Source: a virus
Lineage: Duplodnaviria; Caudoviricetes
DNA: 55,573 bases
Direction: 5' to 3' (one strand)
Virus record (IMG/VR): IMGVR_UViG_3300018083_000009
Span: 1-55,573 of that record
Below, one piece after another: positions 17,114-27,414 of the stretch. The notes below the pieces were generated by a model. That model worked only from the letters and a program-made list of their open reading frames with translations, was not told the DNA's origin and did no database searches. Within the stretch, counting starts at the first letter, position 1. Each line of letters begins with the position of its first letter. Both the position numbers and the translations under genes were made by a program.

Positions 17114-19903
17114 ATGAGGACGCAACTTAAGTGCCGTACCGAATACTCATTTCGTAATGCATACGGACCAATTGAATTAGTCTGTGATAGACTGCAACAA
17201 ACTGGTTGTCGAACCGCTGCTATCACAGATCGCAATTCAACGTTTGGTCATATCAACTGGTCAAAACATTGTAGGGTAAAAGGCATCAAACCAATCTTTG
17301 GTGTTGAACTGGCGTTCACTGACGATATAACATCAACTGCGAAACGACAAAATCTTTACTATATGAGTCTCCTGGCCAGGAGCAATGCTGGTTTGCGTGA
17401 AATTTATAGTTGTGTTGAAGAAGCAACTATAAACTTTCATCGCGTGCCACGACTCCCATTTAATAAGCTTGACGATCTTTCCTCAGATGTAATCATTTTA
17501 TCGGGCAACTCTGGTATCGGTATCTACAATAACCAGTTACCCAAACGAGTTATCATTGAACACCATCCAGCAACGAATCAAGCATTGATGGATAACGGTG
17601 ATTATAGTAGCGTTCCGGTATCAGATAACTATATGATCACACCAGACAATCGTGATGTATACGAAATACTAATGGGACGTAATGCATTCAATCGACCAAG
17701 TCCGATGCATATACTTACGAAAGAGGAACTGTTAATCCATTGTCCGCTAGCGGATTTTTCTTCATTGCAAATCATAGCGGAAGAGTGCAATGCTACAATC
17801 GAACAGGCAACAAACATCAAGACGTATCAGCAACAATCGTTGCTTGAAATGTGTGTTGAAGGTTCGAAACGAAGACGTATTCCGCTTATCGGAGACTACT
17901 TGTCACGATTGCATTATGAGTTAGGACTCATAAATAGCAAGGGTTATACCGACTATTTTGTTGTCATATCGGATATGGTTGTTTATGCAAAACAACATAT
18001 GTTGGTGGGGCCTGCTCGTGGCAGCTCTTGCGGTAGTCTTGTTTGTTACTTACTTGGCATCACTGATATTGATCCGATTCCGCATGGGTTAATTTTTGAA
18101 CGATTTATTGATGTAACGAGATACGATCTACCGGATATCGATATCGACTTCGCTGATAACAAACGCGAAATGGTTTTTGAATATTTAGAAGATAAATACG
18201 GTAGCGATAAGGTTGCAAGACTCGGGACTATATCACGGCATAAAGCACGTTCCGCAATCGGATTGACTGCTAAGGCACTCGGCATTCCAGATATAGAATC
18301 GGCACAAATCGCCGATATTGTTATCAAACGCAACGATGGTGATGAACGCTCAGACTATTGCGTTCTCGATACGTTTAGAGATACTGAAGCCGGTCAACAT
18401 TTCATTACGAAATATCCTAACATGATTCTGGCAGCGAAACTAGAAGCGCACGCTAACCATAGTTCAAGACATGCCGCCGGTGTTATTATTACCAATGATC
18501 CGATTAATCATTACATCGCACGTGATGCGAAAACCAACGCAGCACAAATAGATAAATACGATGCTGAAAAGATCAACTTAATGAAAGTTGATTTACTAGG
18601 TCTGCGGTGTTTAACTATTATAGCGGACTGTTTAGAAAGTATCGGGTGGAACTATGACCAACTCCTGGCGCATCCACTTGATGACGATGTAGCATTTAAG
18701 TTATTACGCAATAAACATTTCTGCGGTATATTTCAATTCGAAGGTCAAACATTACAGAACTTAACTCGCAACGTGCAGGTCGATCAGTTCACCGATATCG
18801 TTGCGTTAACAGCACTAGCAAGACCTGGACCATTGGTATCAGGATCGGCGCATGAGTGGTGCGCCAGGAGAATGAATCGCAAGCCGTTTGAATTGTTGCA
18901 TTCTATGATGGAGTCAATTACAAACGAAACGCATGGACTCATTATCTTTCAAGAACAAATGCTAAGGATCATTCGTGAAATAGGTGGAATGAATTGGGAA
19001 GATACAACTGCGTTACGAAAAGGAATGAGCAAGTCACTAGGGCTTGAATATTTCGAACGCTATTGGGAACGATTCTGTGAAGGTGCCGCCAAAAATGGAA
19101 TCAGTAATGTAACGGCGCGTTCCATTTGGGAAACAGTAAACAGCGCCGGTGGTTATGCATTCAACAAGAGTCATTCCGTTGCATATGCGATGTTAAGTTA
19201 TTGGTGTTGTGTATTGAAATCGCACTTCCCACTTGATTTCGCAATCGCAACGCTAAAGAACGTTGACGATCCGATGCATATAAAGCAATACTTGCGCGAA
19301 CTTGACCGCATGGGATTCAAGTTTAAGACGTATGACATGAAACTAAGTGAAAAAAATTGGAGTGTGCAGAACAATGTGATTATCGGTGGACTTATGAATG
19401 TTAAGGGAATCGGACCTAAGATGTCCGACAACATTATTGCTAAAAGAGATCGAGGAGAATCGTTAACCGATGCACAAGTAAAACGGTTAACGGAAGGTTC
19501 AACACCATATGATGACGTCTTTGAATCTCGAACTAAGTTTGCCGACCTGTTTGCTAATCCAAGTAAATACGGAATCGATTCTAAGTTGTGGAACTTAGTC
19601 GATATACCGGACGTGGAAGGATTTTATGTTTTCATTGCTAAGGTCAACGACTGGAAAGTTCGTTCCGCAAATGAAATGCAATATCTTATCAAAAGAAACC
19701 ATATACGAGTGCCGAATGATCGTTGGTTGAACTTGACCCTGGAAGATGATTCGGATATCATGTCGGGCACAGTTAACCGTGACAACTTTAATCGTTTCGG
19801 TCTACCACTTACGAAACGAAGTGCGTCTGACTGGTATTTGTTTAAAGGTTATATGCGAGGAACGAACCGGCGTATGTATATCGAAAAATGGAAATCCTTA
19901 TAA
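17114..19903 (+). CDS. dnaE: DNA polymerase III alpha subunit (family C)
   Basis: TEYS...AITD...KPIFGVE PHP-like domain; GPARGSSCGSLVCYLLGIT; FERF; PDIDID; RHAAG; KVDLLGL; YAFNKSHS. Confidence 0.95.
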   Translation: MRTQLKCRTEYSFRNAYGPIELVCDRLQQTGCRTAAITDRNSTFGHINWSKHCRVKGIKPIFGVELAFTDDITSTAKRQNLYYMSLLARSNAGLREIYSCVEEATINFHRVPRLPFNKLDDLSSDVIILSGNSGIGIYNNQLPKRVIIEHHPATNQALMDNGDYSSVPVSDNYMITPDNRDVYEILMGRNAFNRPSPMHILTKEELLIHCPLADFSSLQIIAEECNATIEQATNIKTYQQQSLLEMCVEGSKRRRIPLIGDYLSRLHYELGLINSKGYTDYFVVISDMVVYAKQHMLVGPARGSSCGSLVCYLLGITDIDPIPHGLIFERFIDVTRYDLPDIDIDFADNKREMVFEYLEDKYGSDKVARLGTISRHKARSAIGLTAKALGIPDIESAQIADIVIKRNDGDERSDYCVLDTFRDTEAGQHFITKYPNMILAAKLEAHANHSSRHAAGVIITNDPINHYIARDAKTNAAQIDKYDAEKINLMKVDLLGLRCLTIIADCLESIGWNYDQLLAHPLDDDVAFKLLRNKHFCGIFQFEGQTLQNLTRNVQVDQFTDIVALTALARPGPLVSGSAHEWCARRMNRKPFELLHSMMESITNETHGLIIFQEQMLRIIREIGGMNWEDTTALRKGMSKSLGLEYFERYWERFCEGAAKNGISNVTARSIWETVNSAGGYAFNKSHSVAYAMLSYWCCVLKSHFPLDFAIATLKNVDDPMHIKQYLRELDRMGFKFKTYDMKLSEKNWSVQNNVIIGGLMNVKGIGPKMSDNIIAKRDRGESLTDAQVKRLTEGSTPYDDVFESRTKFADLFANPSKYGIDSKLWNLVDIPDVEGFYVFIAKVNDWKVRSANEMQYLIKRNHIRVPNDRWLNLTLEDDSDIMSGTVNRDNFNRFGLPLTKRSASDWYLFKGYMRGTNRRMYIEKWKSL

Positions 19904-20235
19904 ATGCCAGAAAAATTTTTGTGGCACCCGTAAAATGTTACGATAGAGGAATAATTAATATGACAAGGAACGAGAAGTTAAGTTCGGTATTTAAGCACAT
20001 ATGGGATGCATTTCTTGATGGAACGGATTTAGATCAATTTGATTTGCAAACTATAATTGAACAGTGCGAACTAGCAACATGGAGGGAGGCAACAGAAAAT
20101 GATGTAACACTATCGCAAAGTGATCTAGAAGAGGGAGATATGATCCTATGCCTTAATGAAGATGGAAAGAAATCGATTCGTATCGCACACTTAACTAAGT
20201 TGAAAGCTAGTGCATGTTCAATGAACAAGAAATGA
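19888..20235 (+). CDS. Hypothetical protein (likely start ~19959)
   Basis: ORF in the operon; GAGGA RBS before MTRNE. Confidence 0.55.
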   Translation: MEILINARKIFVAPVKCYDRGIINMTRNEKLSSVFKHIWDAFLDGTDLDQFDLQTIIEQCELATWREATENDVTLSQSDLEEGDMILCLNEDGKKSIRIAHLTKLKASACSMNKK

Positions 20236-20585
20236 AATTCTTACGACTGGCACTTGATCCCGGCGCGCATGAAGGCGAAATTGATAATGCGATGGCGAAG
20301 CTAATTCAATCGTTACGAGTGAGACTAGCCAAGCCGGAAGATTTCGAAAGTGCAAAGTTTACTCCTGGCAAGGAAACTCCACGCCAGGAGCAAGCGAAAC
20401 AAACCAGTGGTGTTGATTGGGGTTCAACAACGTTTAATTTCGGCAAGATGAAAGGGAAACCAATACGAGATGCCGATCCCGGTTATTTGATGTGGTGTCG
20501 CGATTGGATTCGTTCTGGTGACGAAGACCTGGAAACTCGTTACGGAAACATAGCAAAGGCAATCGATAAATTCTTAGGAGAATGA
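20214..20585 (+). CDS. Hypothetical protein with a DUF3820/ExoX-C-like motif
   Basis: FNFGKMKGKPIRDADPGYLMW motif. Confidence 0.6.
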   Translation: MFNEQEMKFLRLALDPGAHEGEIDNAMAKLIQSLRVRLAKPEDFESAKFTPGKETPRQEQAKQTSGVDWGSTTFNFGKMKGKPIRDADPGYLMWCRDWIRSGDEDLETRYGNIAKAIDKFLGE

Positions 20586-20586
20586 A

Positions 20587-22035
20587 ATGCTAGAGAAAAC
20601 AGAGCTTATCTACACAACAGAACCGTATCAACATCAAAAGGAAGCACTCGAAGCCGCGTGGGATTTACCAGGGTTCGCTTACTTTCTAGAACAAGGAACC
20701 GGTAAATCAAAGATAGTTGTCGATGAAACGGTTAATCTTATCGAACGCGATATGATTAACTGCGTGGTCATTCTGGCACCGAACTTAGTTCACGTTAACT
20801 GGAAGGAACAATTCGAAACGCATGGTCCGAAGGACTGGAGCCTTTGGGCTATTCAAGTTTACAAAGCGCAACCAAACGATACTAAGAAGTTGCAACAGGA
20901 ACAACATACGCGGGAGATACTTCAATCCGGTCGCGTATTGGTTTTCTTGATGAACATCGAGTCACTCAGTCACGAGTATGCAACGAACTATTTGTTGCGA
21001 GTGTTACGAGCGAGTCGTAGAACTTATATGTGCATCGATGAGTCGCATAAGATCAAGACGCCAGGAGCAAAGAGAACAAAAGCCGCTATTAAACTTGGTG
21101 AACTCGCAAAGTATCGTCGTATCACTACCGGAACAGAAGCGGAAGAAGGTATACATAATTTATATTCTCAGATGAAATTTCTTGATTGGAGAATCATAGG
21201 CTACAGATTTTATACTCCATTTCGTAATATGTATTGCGTCATGGGTGGTTTCGAATCTCGACAAATCATTTCATATCAGAATCAAGATCAACTCGCGCAA
21301 AAGATCGCACCATATATATATCAGAAACGTAAGAAAGACTGCCTTGATCTACCAGAGAAATTATACATAAACCATCGTATTGAAATGACTCCGGAACAAG
21401 AGAAACTATATGACTCTTTAGAAGAAGAGTTACTGACCGAAATTGAAGAAGGAATTGTTATAGATACGACTCAAGTTTTGGCGCGAATGATTAAGTTGCA
21501 AGAGGTATTATGTGGTCATCTTCATTACGAAGGTAAAGTGAAAACAATTCCAAGTAACCGGGCTAAATATGTTTCTGAACTGGTGCAAGAGGATAACAAA
21601 ACTGTGGTGTTCTGCCGTTTTGTTATGGATGTAGAATTAGTCGTTTCGCAGTTAGCTATTGATGGCATCCGAGCAATTAGTATCACTGGCGAAACGGATA
21701 ACCGAATGGACTTGATCAACTCCTGGCGAAAAGACTCCGACCTGCGTGCGTTAGTGATGACTACCGCAACCGGTGGAACGGGCTTGACTCTCAATGAAGC
21801 CCATAATACGATCTTCTATAGCAACTCGTATAGCTCGACTGACAGGTTGCAAGCGGAAGACCGTAACCATCGAATCGGTCAATCCGAAAAGGTAACGTAT
21901 CACGATATAACAGTGAAAGGGAAAATCGACTCTATCATACTGAAATCGTTACGAAGTAAAGTTAACCTCGCGACCAAATTTCGTGAGGCAATCGAAATGA
22001 ACAAACTTAAAGAGATGCTAAGTGAGGACGAATAA
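20587..22035 (+). CDS. SNF2-family DEAD/H helicase
   Basis: EQGTGKS Walker A; DESH; TGT; GLTL..A; QAEDRNHRIGQ. Confidence 0.92.
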   Translation: MLEKTELIYTTEPYQHQKEALEAAWDLPGFAYFLEQGTGKSKIVVDETVNLIERDMINCVVILAPNLVHVNWKEQFETHGPKDWSLWAIQVYKAQPNDTKKLQQEQHTREILQSGRVLVFLMNIESLSHEYATNYLLRVLRASRRTYMCIDESHKIKTPGAKRTKAAIKLGELAKYRRITTGTEAEEGIHNLYSQMKFLDWRIIGYRFYTPFRNMYCVMGGFESRQIISYQNQDQLAQKIAPYIYQKRKKDCLDLPEKLYINHRIEMTPEQEKLYDSLEEELLTEIEEGIVIDTTQVLARMIKLQEVLCGHLHYEGKVKTIPSNRAKYVSELVQEDNKTVVFCRFVMDVELVVSQLAIDGIRAISITGETDNRMDLINSWRKDSDLRALVMTTATGGTGLTLNEAHNTIFYSNSYSSTDRLQAEDRNHRIGQSEKVTYHDITVKGKIDSIILKSLRSKVNLATKFREAIEMNKLKEMLSEDE

Positions 22036-22235
22036 TGGAAATGCAATGGTTCCATAATGCGCTTCGCATTATGATGAGCATCGATCGTCACGAGTTAGAA
22101 ACTAGTGGCATCACTCTGAGAAACGCAGAATGGTATAGCTTCAGATCGAATCCGTATGTCTGGTTCATTCGAGCCAATGATAATGATGCCGCTAAGATAT
22201 GGCAAATAATCGTTAACAGACAGCAAGGAAAGTAA
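22035..22235 (+). CDS. Hypothetical protein
   Basis: Coupled ORF in the operon. Confidence 0.5.
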   Translation: MEMQWFHNALRIMMSIDRHELETSGITLRNAEWYSFRSNPYVWFIRANDNDAAKIWQIIVNRQQGK

Positions 22236-22380
22236 ATGACAGAACAAGTCATAACATATGGCATCCAATTGGTGCGAGTCCGTGATGATGTTGTAGAGAG
22301 AATAATCACCGTCAATGGTTACGGACTCTTTACAGAAGCACTCGATGACATACTAGAAATGGCAGAAAAGGAAAAGTTCG

Positions 22381-22929
22381 ATGTCACAACAAAATGACCA
22401 GTTCATCGATACCACAGAAGAACAAGTTGATCTTAATTCGATTTCCAAACTTGGTATTGATTACGTTATGGCTCGTAACGAAATCATCAAACTTAAAAAC
22501 GAGCTTGAACGCCAGGAGAAACAGTTCAAACATCTTTCGGAAGTAGTCATTCCTGAAACGCTACAAAAAGCCAATATGCGGTCATTTAGTTTAACCAATG
22601 GTTTTAAGCTTGAAGTGAAACCATTTGTTGTGGTTACACTTCCAAAAGAGAATGCGGATATCGCAGACCAGTGGCTTGACGAAAACGGCCATTCCGGGAT
22701 GGTTAAACACCACTTAGATATTCACATTCCAAAAGGAACTTCACAGAAAGACATTGAAGATTTGAAACAAGTTCTTGACGGTTTAGTGTTTGAGTATTCC
22801 GACAATAAAACGATACACTATCAAACGCTCGCCCGTTGGGGTCGTGAAATGACTGAAGAAAATGAAACGATTCCAGAAGATATCTTTAAAGTGTTTAAGG
22901 GATTCAAAACCGAAATCAAAGGTGGATGA
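22381..22929 (+). CDS. Conserved phage replication-region hypothetical protein
   Basis: 182-aa ORF; coiled-coil N-terminus, IHYQTL..W motif. Confidence 0.65.
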   Translation: MSQQNDQFIDTTEEQVDLNSISKLGIDYVMARNEIIKLKNELERQEKQFKHLSEVVIPETLQKANMRSFSLTNGFKLEVKPFVVVTLPKENADIADQWLDENGHSGMVKHHLDIHIPKGTSQKDIEDLKQVLDGLVFEYSDNKTIHYQTLARWGREMTEENETIPEDIFKVFKGFKTEIKGG

Positions 22930-22930
22930 T

Positions 22931-23224
22931 ATGGAACAAGATAAAGTCGATGCAACAGTAAAAGAACTTGTCGATCAAGGACTCTTGATCGAAGCTGGTT
23001 GGCAAAGTTTAAAGTTAATATCAGTAGCGGATAATGCGCCACAGATACAAATAGACGAAATGCGTAATGCATTCTTTGCAGGCGCACAACATCTTTTCGC
23101 TTCCCTTATGGGGATACTTGATCCGGAAGCGGAAGTAACCGACAACGACATGAAGAGAATGGACAGCATTGCTGGTGAACTACAAAACTTCTATAATGAA
23201 TACGTCACAAGAAATTTAGGATAA
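22931..23224 (+). CDS. Hypothetical protein
   Basis: ORF (MRNAFFAGA motif); start MEQDK. Confidence 0.55.
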   Translation: MEQDKVDATVKELVDQGLLIEAGWQSLKLISVADNAPQIQIDEMRNAFFAGAQHLFASLMGILDPEAEVTDNDMKRMDSIAGELQNFYNEYVTRNLG

Positions 23225-23313
23225 AATGAAAATGATATTCATTACGGGTCCGCCGAAAAATTTATACCAGATTCTGAGAGTGTTAGAAATACTAACTATG
23301 AAAGATAAGTTAC

Positions 23314-24120
23314 ATGTCTGAAACTAAAAATGAAGTGATGAACATCAACGACATTTCCGAAGATGAGTTCATTGCTCAATCGGAAACAAATGTCGGCTTT
23401 AGCAAAGCCGAGTCGATCATTCCGTTCATTCGAATTCTGCAACCGTTATCACCGCAACTGCAAGTCACTCCTGGCGCTATGCCTGGAATGATCATGAACG
23501 TTGCAAATGGCCGGTTGTTTGATGGAAAGATCGGAGTCAACATCGTTCCGATTATGCCAATGTGGAACTATACCGAGTGGGTAACGAGAGAAGAGGGTGG
23601 TGGTTTCGTTCAAGATTGGGAACAAGACGAAGCCGGGTGGCAAGCTAAGTGTAACGATGACCAAAAGTATGCTTACAAGCCGATGACGAAAGATGGTCAC
23701 GTTATCGTAAAAGCTCGCCACTTTTTCATTCTGACCCTGTTAGAAGACGGTGGTTTTGATATCGCATTGTTGCCATTCACCGGCACTGGTCTTAAGGTCG
23801 CCCGGTCATGGTCAACAGCAATGTCCAACGCACCTAAAATTGCAACATCCAAAGGAATGATGGTTCCCGCTCATTTCTATTACGTATACAAATTGACCGT
23901 GGAGCATATCAAGAACGGGCAATACAATTGGTTTGAACCGCGTATCAAACTTCTTGTCGAGAACGATAAAGCCGTTTCCATCATGGATCGTCCTGATGGT
24001 AAGCTTATCTGGAAAGCGTGCATCGATTTCCGGGATAGTTTAAAAGCCGGAACGATGAAAGCCGCGTCACAAAGCAATGAAGCGGTCGCGCAAATTTCAG
24101 ATGATGGAGAGCGTTTCTAA
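23314..24120 (+). CDS. Putative ssDNA-binding/annealing protein
   Basis: Replication-module position, beta-rich core, acidic C-terminus ending in F, followed by a terminator. Function inferred. Confidence 0.45.
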   Translation: MSETKNEVMNINDISEDEFIAQSETNVGFSKAESIIPFIRILQPLSPQLQVTPGAMPGMIMNVANGRLFDGKIGVNIVPIMPMWNYTEWVTREEGGGFVQDWEQDEAGWQAKCNDDQKYAYKPMTKDGHVIVKARHFFILTLLEDGGFDIALLPFTGTGLKVARSWSTAMSNAPKIATSKGMMVPAHFYYVYKLTVEHIKNGQYNWFEPRIKLLVENDKAVSIMDRPDGKLIWKACIDFRDSLKAGTMKAASQSNEAVAQISDDGERF

Positions 24121-24127
24121 GTTGGCT

Positions 24128-24158
24128 AACCCGCCAGGAGTTCTCCTGGCGGGTTTTC
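24128..24158 (+). terminator. Intrinsic terminator built from two inverted CGCCAGGAG copies
   Basis: AACCCGCCAGGAG-TT-CTCCTGGCGGGTTTT. Confidence 0.8.
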
Positions 24159-24174
24159 CTTAAAGGGATGACAA

Positions 24175-24699
24175 ATGAACCAAACTCAGTTCGATACCGT
24201 TTTGATGACTATCACGCCTAGACTTAACAATATCGAAACGATGATGCATACAGTTCTAAAGAAACTAGATCAACTGTTATATGAAGAAGAAATAGTTCCA
24301 CAACAAGATGAAAAAACAAAACAACAAGATGAAAAAACAAAACAACAAGATACTAAACAAAAATTAAATGATCCGTTTGTTGATGATGATGAAGTCTATA
24401 CGAGAGGACAACGAGTTCCATACAACAAATTGGTTGGCGAACAAGTATATCAATTCCGTGATTTTCTTTCTCATATCAGAATGAATAGTTCTGAGTATTC
24501 AGAGAGGGAGGTTGATTACGCGAGTTTTGCGGACAAAAATTTCAGCGATATTAGATTGAGTGATAATGCGAAACGTATTTTGGAGAGTGCATATTTTAGA
24601 ACGTATAGAAGACAATGGCCATTCGCGTTTATAAAAGGTTATCTTCATAAACTTAACGATGAAAAGCGTTGGTCTTGGAGTGATGGAGAACGTGATTAA
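24175..24699 (+). CDS. Hypothetical protein with a short QQDEKTK tandem repeat
   Basis: ORF; 21-bp tandem repeat at 24301-24350. Confidence 0.6.
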   Translation: MNQTQFDTVLMTITPRLNNIETMMHTVLKKLDQLLYEEEIVPQQDEKTKQQDEKTKQQDTKQKLNDPFVDDDEVYTRGQRVPYNKLVGEQVYQFRDFLSHIRMNSSEYSEREVDYASFADKNFSDIRLSDNAKRILESAYFRTYRRQWPFAFIKGYLHKLNDEKRWSWSDGERD

Positions 24700-25175
24700 T
24701 GGAATACATTACACTTACAAAAGGATTTGTCGCGATAGTTGATGATGAAGATTATGATAAGGTTATAAAATATAATTGGTATGCTCAAACAACTATTAAT
24801 CGTCCAACATACGCGGTGCATGATACATGCACCGCGGGAAACCGATTGTTGTTCCTCCACAACCTTATCAATCCACCACCGAAAGGATATACAAATGATC
24901 ATATCGATAGAGACGGATTGAACTGTCAAAAATCGAATTTAAGATTCGCTACGTATTCACAACAAAATGCCAATCGAATGTTTCAAAAGAAACCATCTTC
25001 CGGATATCGTGGCGTATACAAGATAAAACGGCTATGGGTCGTTTATGTCAAACTTGATAAACGCAACATATATGGTGGTGGATACGAAGACGTAATAGAC
25101 GCCGCTAAAGCTTATGACAATCTTGCAACTAAATTGCGTGGTGATTTCGCCGTGCTAAATTTTCCGAAAGGGTAA
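24699..25175 (+). CDS. HNH-AP2 homing endonuclease
   Basis: LHNLI..DHIDRDGLNCQKSNLR..N (HNH) plus SGYRGV...AAKAYD..A..LRGDFA.LNF (AP2). Confidence 0.9.
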   Translation: MEYITLTKGFVAIVDDEDYDKVIKYNWYAQTTINRPTYAVHDTCTAGNRLLFLHNLINPPPKGYTNDHIDRDGLNCQKSNLRFATYSQQNANRMFQKKPSSGYRGVYKIKRLWVVYVKLDKRNIYGGGYEDVIDAAKAYDNLATKLRGDFAVLNFPKG

Positions 25176-25178
25176 CAA

Positions 25179-25391
25179 ATGAAATTTTTACCGGTTATCG
25201 TGTTGCTCTTATCAGCATGTGTCAGTCGCGAAACAACACTCGTGACTCAACAACGTGATACTGATCAGAAGTTGTATCAGTTGGAAAGTCTGCGGTTGCA
25301 ACGAGACATGTTGGAAACAGAACGATTGAAATTATGGGCTACGCCAAGTTCTTCAAGCTCCACAAGCTACATCAGAAGACGCACGCGATAA
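25179..25391 (+). CDS. Small lipoprotein
   Basis: MKFLPVIVLLLSAC signal with lipobox LSAC. Confidence 0.65.
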   Translation: MKFLPVIVLLLSACVSRETTLVTQQRDTDQKLYQLESLRLQRDMLETERLKLWATPSSSSSTSYIRRRTR

Positions 25392-25409
25392 TCATGAAAG
25401 GGTAACAAA

Positions 25410-25649
25410 ATGGATCTAGAACCGCAACATCGTAAAATTCTACAAGAGATTGAAACCATGCTGGCTAATTTTGCTGGCGAAATGACTGATATGAAAGAAT
25501 ATTATAGCGACCAGTTCGATGATCTTTCTGATGACGAAAAGGAAACCGCTGAAGGTGAATATCTTAGTAAACTTGTTGTTGATATGGAAGAACTTTGTGA
25601 TCGACTTGATTTAGCAATCATCGATGTTGAAGCATTGCTTGCTACGTAG
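25410..25649 (+). CDS. Acidic hypothetical protein
   Basis: ORF with GAAAGGG RBS. Confidence 0.6.
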   Translation: MDLEPQHRKILQEIETMLANFAGEMTDMKEYYSDQFDDLSDDEKETAEGEYLSKLVVDMEELCDRLDLAIIDVEALLAT

Positions 25650-25659
25650 GAGAAACAAT

Positions 25660-25872
25660 ATGGAACTACCAAAAGCCACACTTGAACTGGTTTGTGCAAC
25701 GTTTGATTCTTACTTGCGATCGACCAAACATACTGATTTATTTCGCGATGAAATCATTACATTGTTCGAACTATATATAAAGTGGATGGAGTCCGCTCCT
25801 GGCGGGGAATCCTCGCCAGGAGCGGTGGTGTTGCCGTTTGTGCGGAAAGGTGATGGTGACTACCCAGGATAG
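25660..25872 (+). CDS. Hypothetical protein
   Basis: Start MELPK after AGGAG. Confidence 0.5.
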   Translation: MELPKATLELVCATFDSYLRSTKHTDLFRDEIITLFELYIKWMESAPGGESSPGAVVLPFVRKGDGDYPG

Positions 25873-25973
25873 GCCAGACGCCGCGTAGCATAGGTCCAAG
25901 GCGCGGCACGAGGCATTCTGGGATCGGATGAAACCAAAAAAAATTACGCGGAACGAAACTCCGGGAACAAAAC

Positions 25974-26174
25974 ATGAACTATGATCCGGCTGGCGGTCAG
26001 AGACGCGATTTAGAATTGAAGTCATTTCGTTCTTTGTCGTTACTAAAAGATGTTCCGGCATGGTTACCACCACAAATCGCCATAGATCAGTGGTGGAAAG
26101 ATAATGGTTTGGAACATCTAAAAGCCAGGGTTGAACGTGCAGTTTCGTATGCAAAACAAAAGGCGGGGAAATGA
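25974..26174 (+). CDS. Hypothetical protein
   Basis: ORF overlapping the next gene (ATGA). Confidence 0.45.
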   Translation: MNYDPAGGQRRDLELKSFRSLSLLKDVPAWLPPQIAIDQWWKDNGLEHLKARVERAVSYAKQKAGK

Positions 26175-26716
26175 CAATTATAGTCTTTGACACGGAGACC
26201 ACGGGGCTTTTAGGTCCAATGGCAATGGGTGTTGAACTGCAACCACATTGTATCGAGTTCCATGGTATCAAGTTAAATTTGGAACTTGAAGTAATTGATA
26301 TGATGTCGTTTAGATGCAAGCCACCAGTGCCAATTAGTGAAGGTGCGATTCGTGTCAATGGCATAACGAATGAGATGCTTGTTAATGAAAAACCATTTGC
26401 TTATTTCTTTACTGGTTTAGCTGAGTTTTTTACTGGTTCGCTCCTGGCGGTAGGCCACAACATCATGTTTGATAAAATGATTTTATGGTATGAATTGGTT
26501 CGTCTCAATATGACATTAAGTTTTCCGTGGCCCATGGGATCGATATGCACCGCTGAAACGTGTTCGAAACAATTGGGTTATCGTCAAACCTTAACAGATA
26601 TGCATGAACGCTTGTTTGGCACTGGTTTCACTGGCGCGCATACCGCATCAGGTGATTGCGCTATTACAATGAAATGTTTTGTTGAGTTTGTGCGACGTGG
26701 AGTCATTACGTTGTGA
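26171..26716 (+). CDS. DEDDh 3'-5' exonuclease (DnaQ/epsilon-like)
   Basis: FDTETTG, GHNIMFD and AHTASGD motifs. Confidence 0.9.
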   Translation: MTIIVFDTETTGLLGPMAMGVELQPHCIEFHGIKLNLELEVIDMMSFRCKPPVPISEGAIRVNGITNEMLVNEKPFAYFFTGLAEFFTGSLLAVGHNIMFDKMILWYELVRLNMTLSFPWPMGSICTAETCSKQLGYRQTLTDMHERLFGTGFTGAHTASGDCAITMKCFVEFVRRGVITL

Positions 26717-27411
26717 GATATATGGGCGGAAAACATGATTTTGCCAATGAATTAGCCGAAATTATTGGTTCCGGAGATGTATTGATTGAACCGTTCATAG
26801 GTGGTGGAGCAATGACCGCTGCGCTTGCTCCATCGTTTCGAAGTGTTTATGCTTATGATAATCATATCGATTTAGTTTTGATGTGGCAAGCATTGCTTGA
26901 GGGTTGGATGCCACCGAACAAAATTTCGCGTGAAGAATATTATTCATTGAAGAAACAAAACAATAGTGCGTTGCGTGGATTTGTAGGATTTAGTTGCGCT
27001 TTCGGATCAACTTGGTTTGGCTCATATGCTTTTGATGATAAAGGTGGACGAAATTTTGCTGATGAAGCGAAACGAATGTTAATGACGCAAATTAAACAGA
27101 TGAAAAATGTCGTTGTTGACTTGGAAGATTATCGTAACCTAGTTATACCGCCAGGAGTAACGATTTACGCCGATCCACCTTATGGCGGAACAAAAGGTTA
27201 TAGAAACCCACTCGAAACGAATGATTTTAATAGTCGTGAGTTCTGGAAGATTGCTGATCTTTGGGCAGATAGTGGAGCAACCGTTTTTGTTTCAGAATTT
27301 AATGCTCCTGGCGGGTGGACTTTAGTTTGGGAAAAGGAACGATATGAAAGAGCGCAAAGAACGCTAACCGTTCGAAACAAAGTTGTTGAACGTTTATATT
27401 GTAAGGGATAA
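26713..27411 (+). CDS. Dam-like (D12 class) DNA N6-adenine methyltransferase, copy 1
   Basis: YMGGK, EPFIGGG and YADPPY motifs. Confidence 0.9.
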   Translation: MRYMGGKHDFANELAEIIGSGDVLIEPFIGGGAMTAALAPSFRSVYAYDNHIDLVLMWQALLEGWMPPNKISREEYYSLKKQNNSALRGFVGFSCAFGSTWFGSYAFDDKGGRNFADEAKRMLMTQIKQMKNVVVDLEDYRNLVIPPGVTIYADPPYGGTKGYRNPLETNDFNSREFWKIADLWADSGATVFVSEFNAPGGWTLVWEKERYERAQRTLTVRNKVVERLYCKG

Positions 27412-27414
27412 GTT

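Noticed and set aside
24301-24350. 21-bp tandem repeat (QQDEKTK)
   Set aside because: An in-frame slippage duplication in a linker; no sign of wider function.
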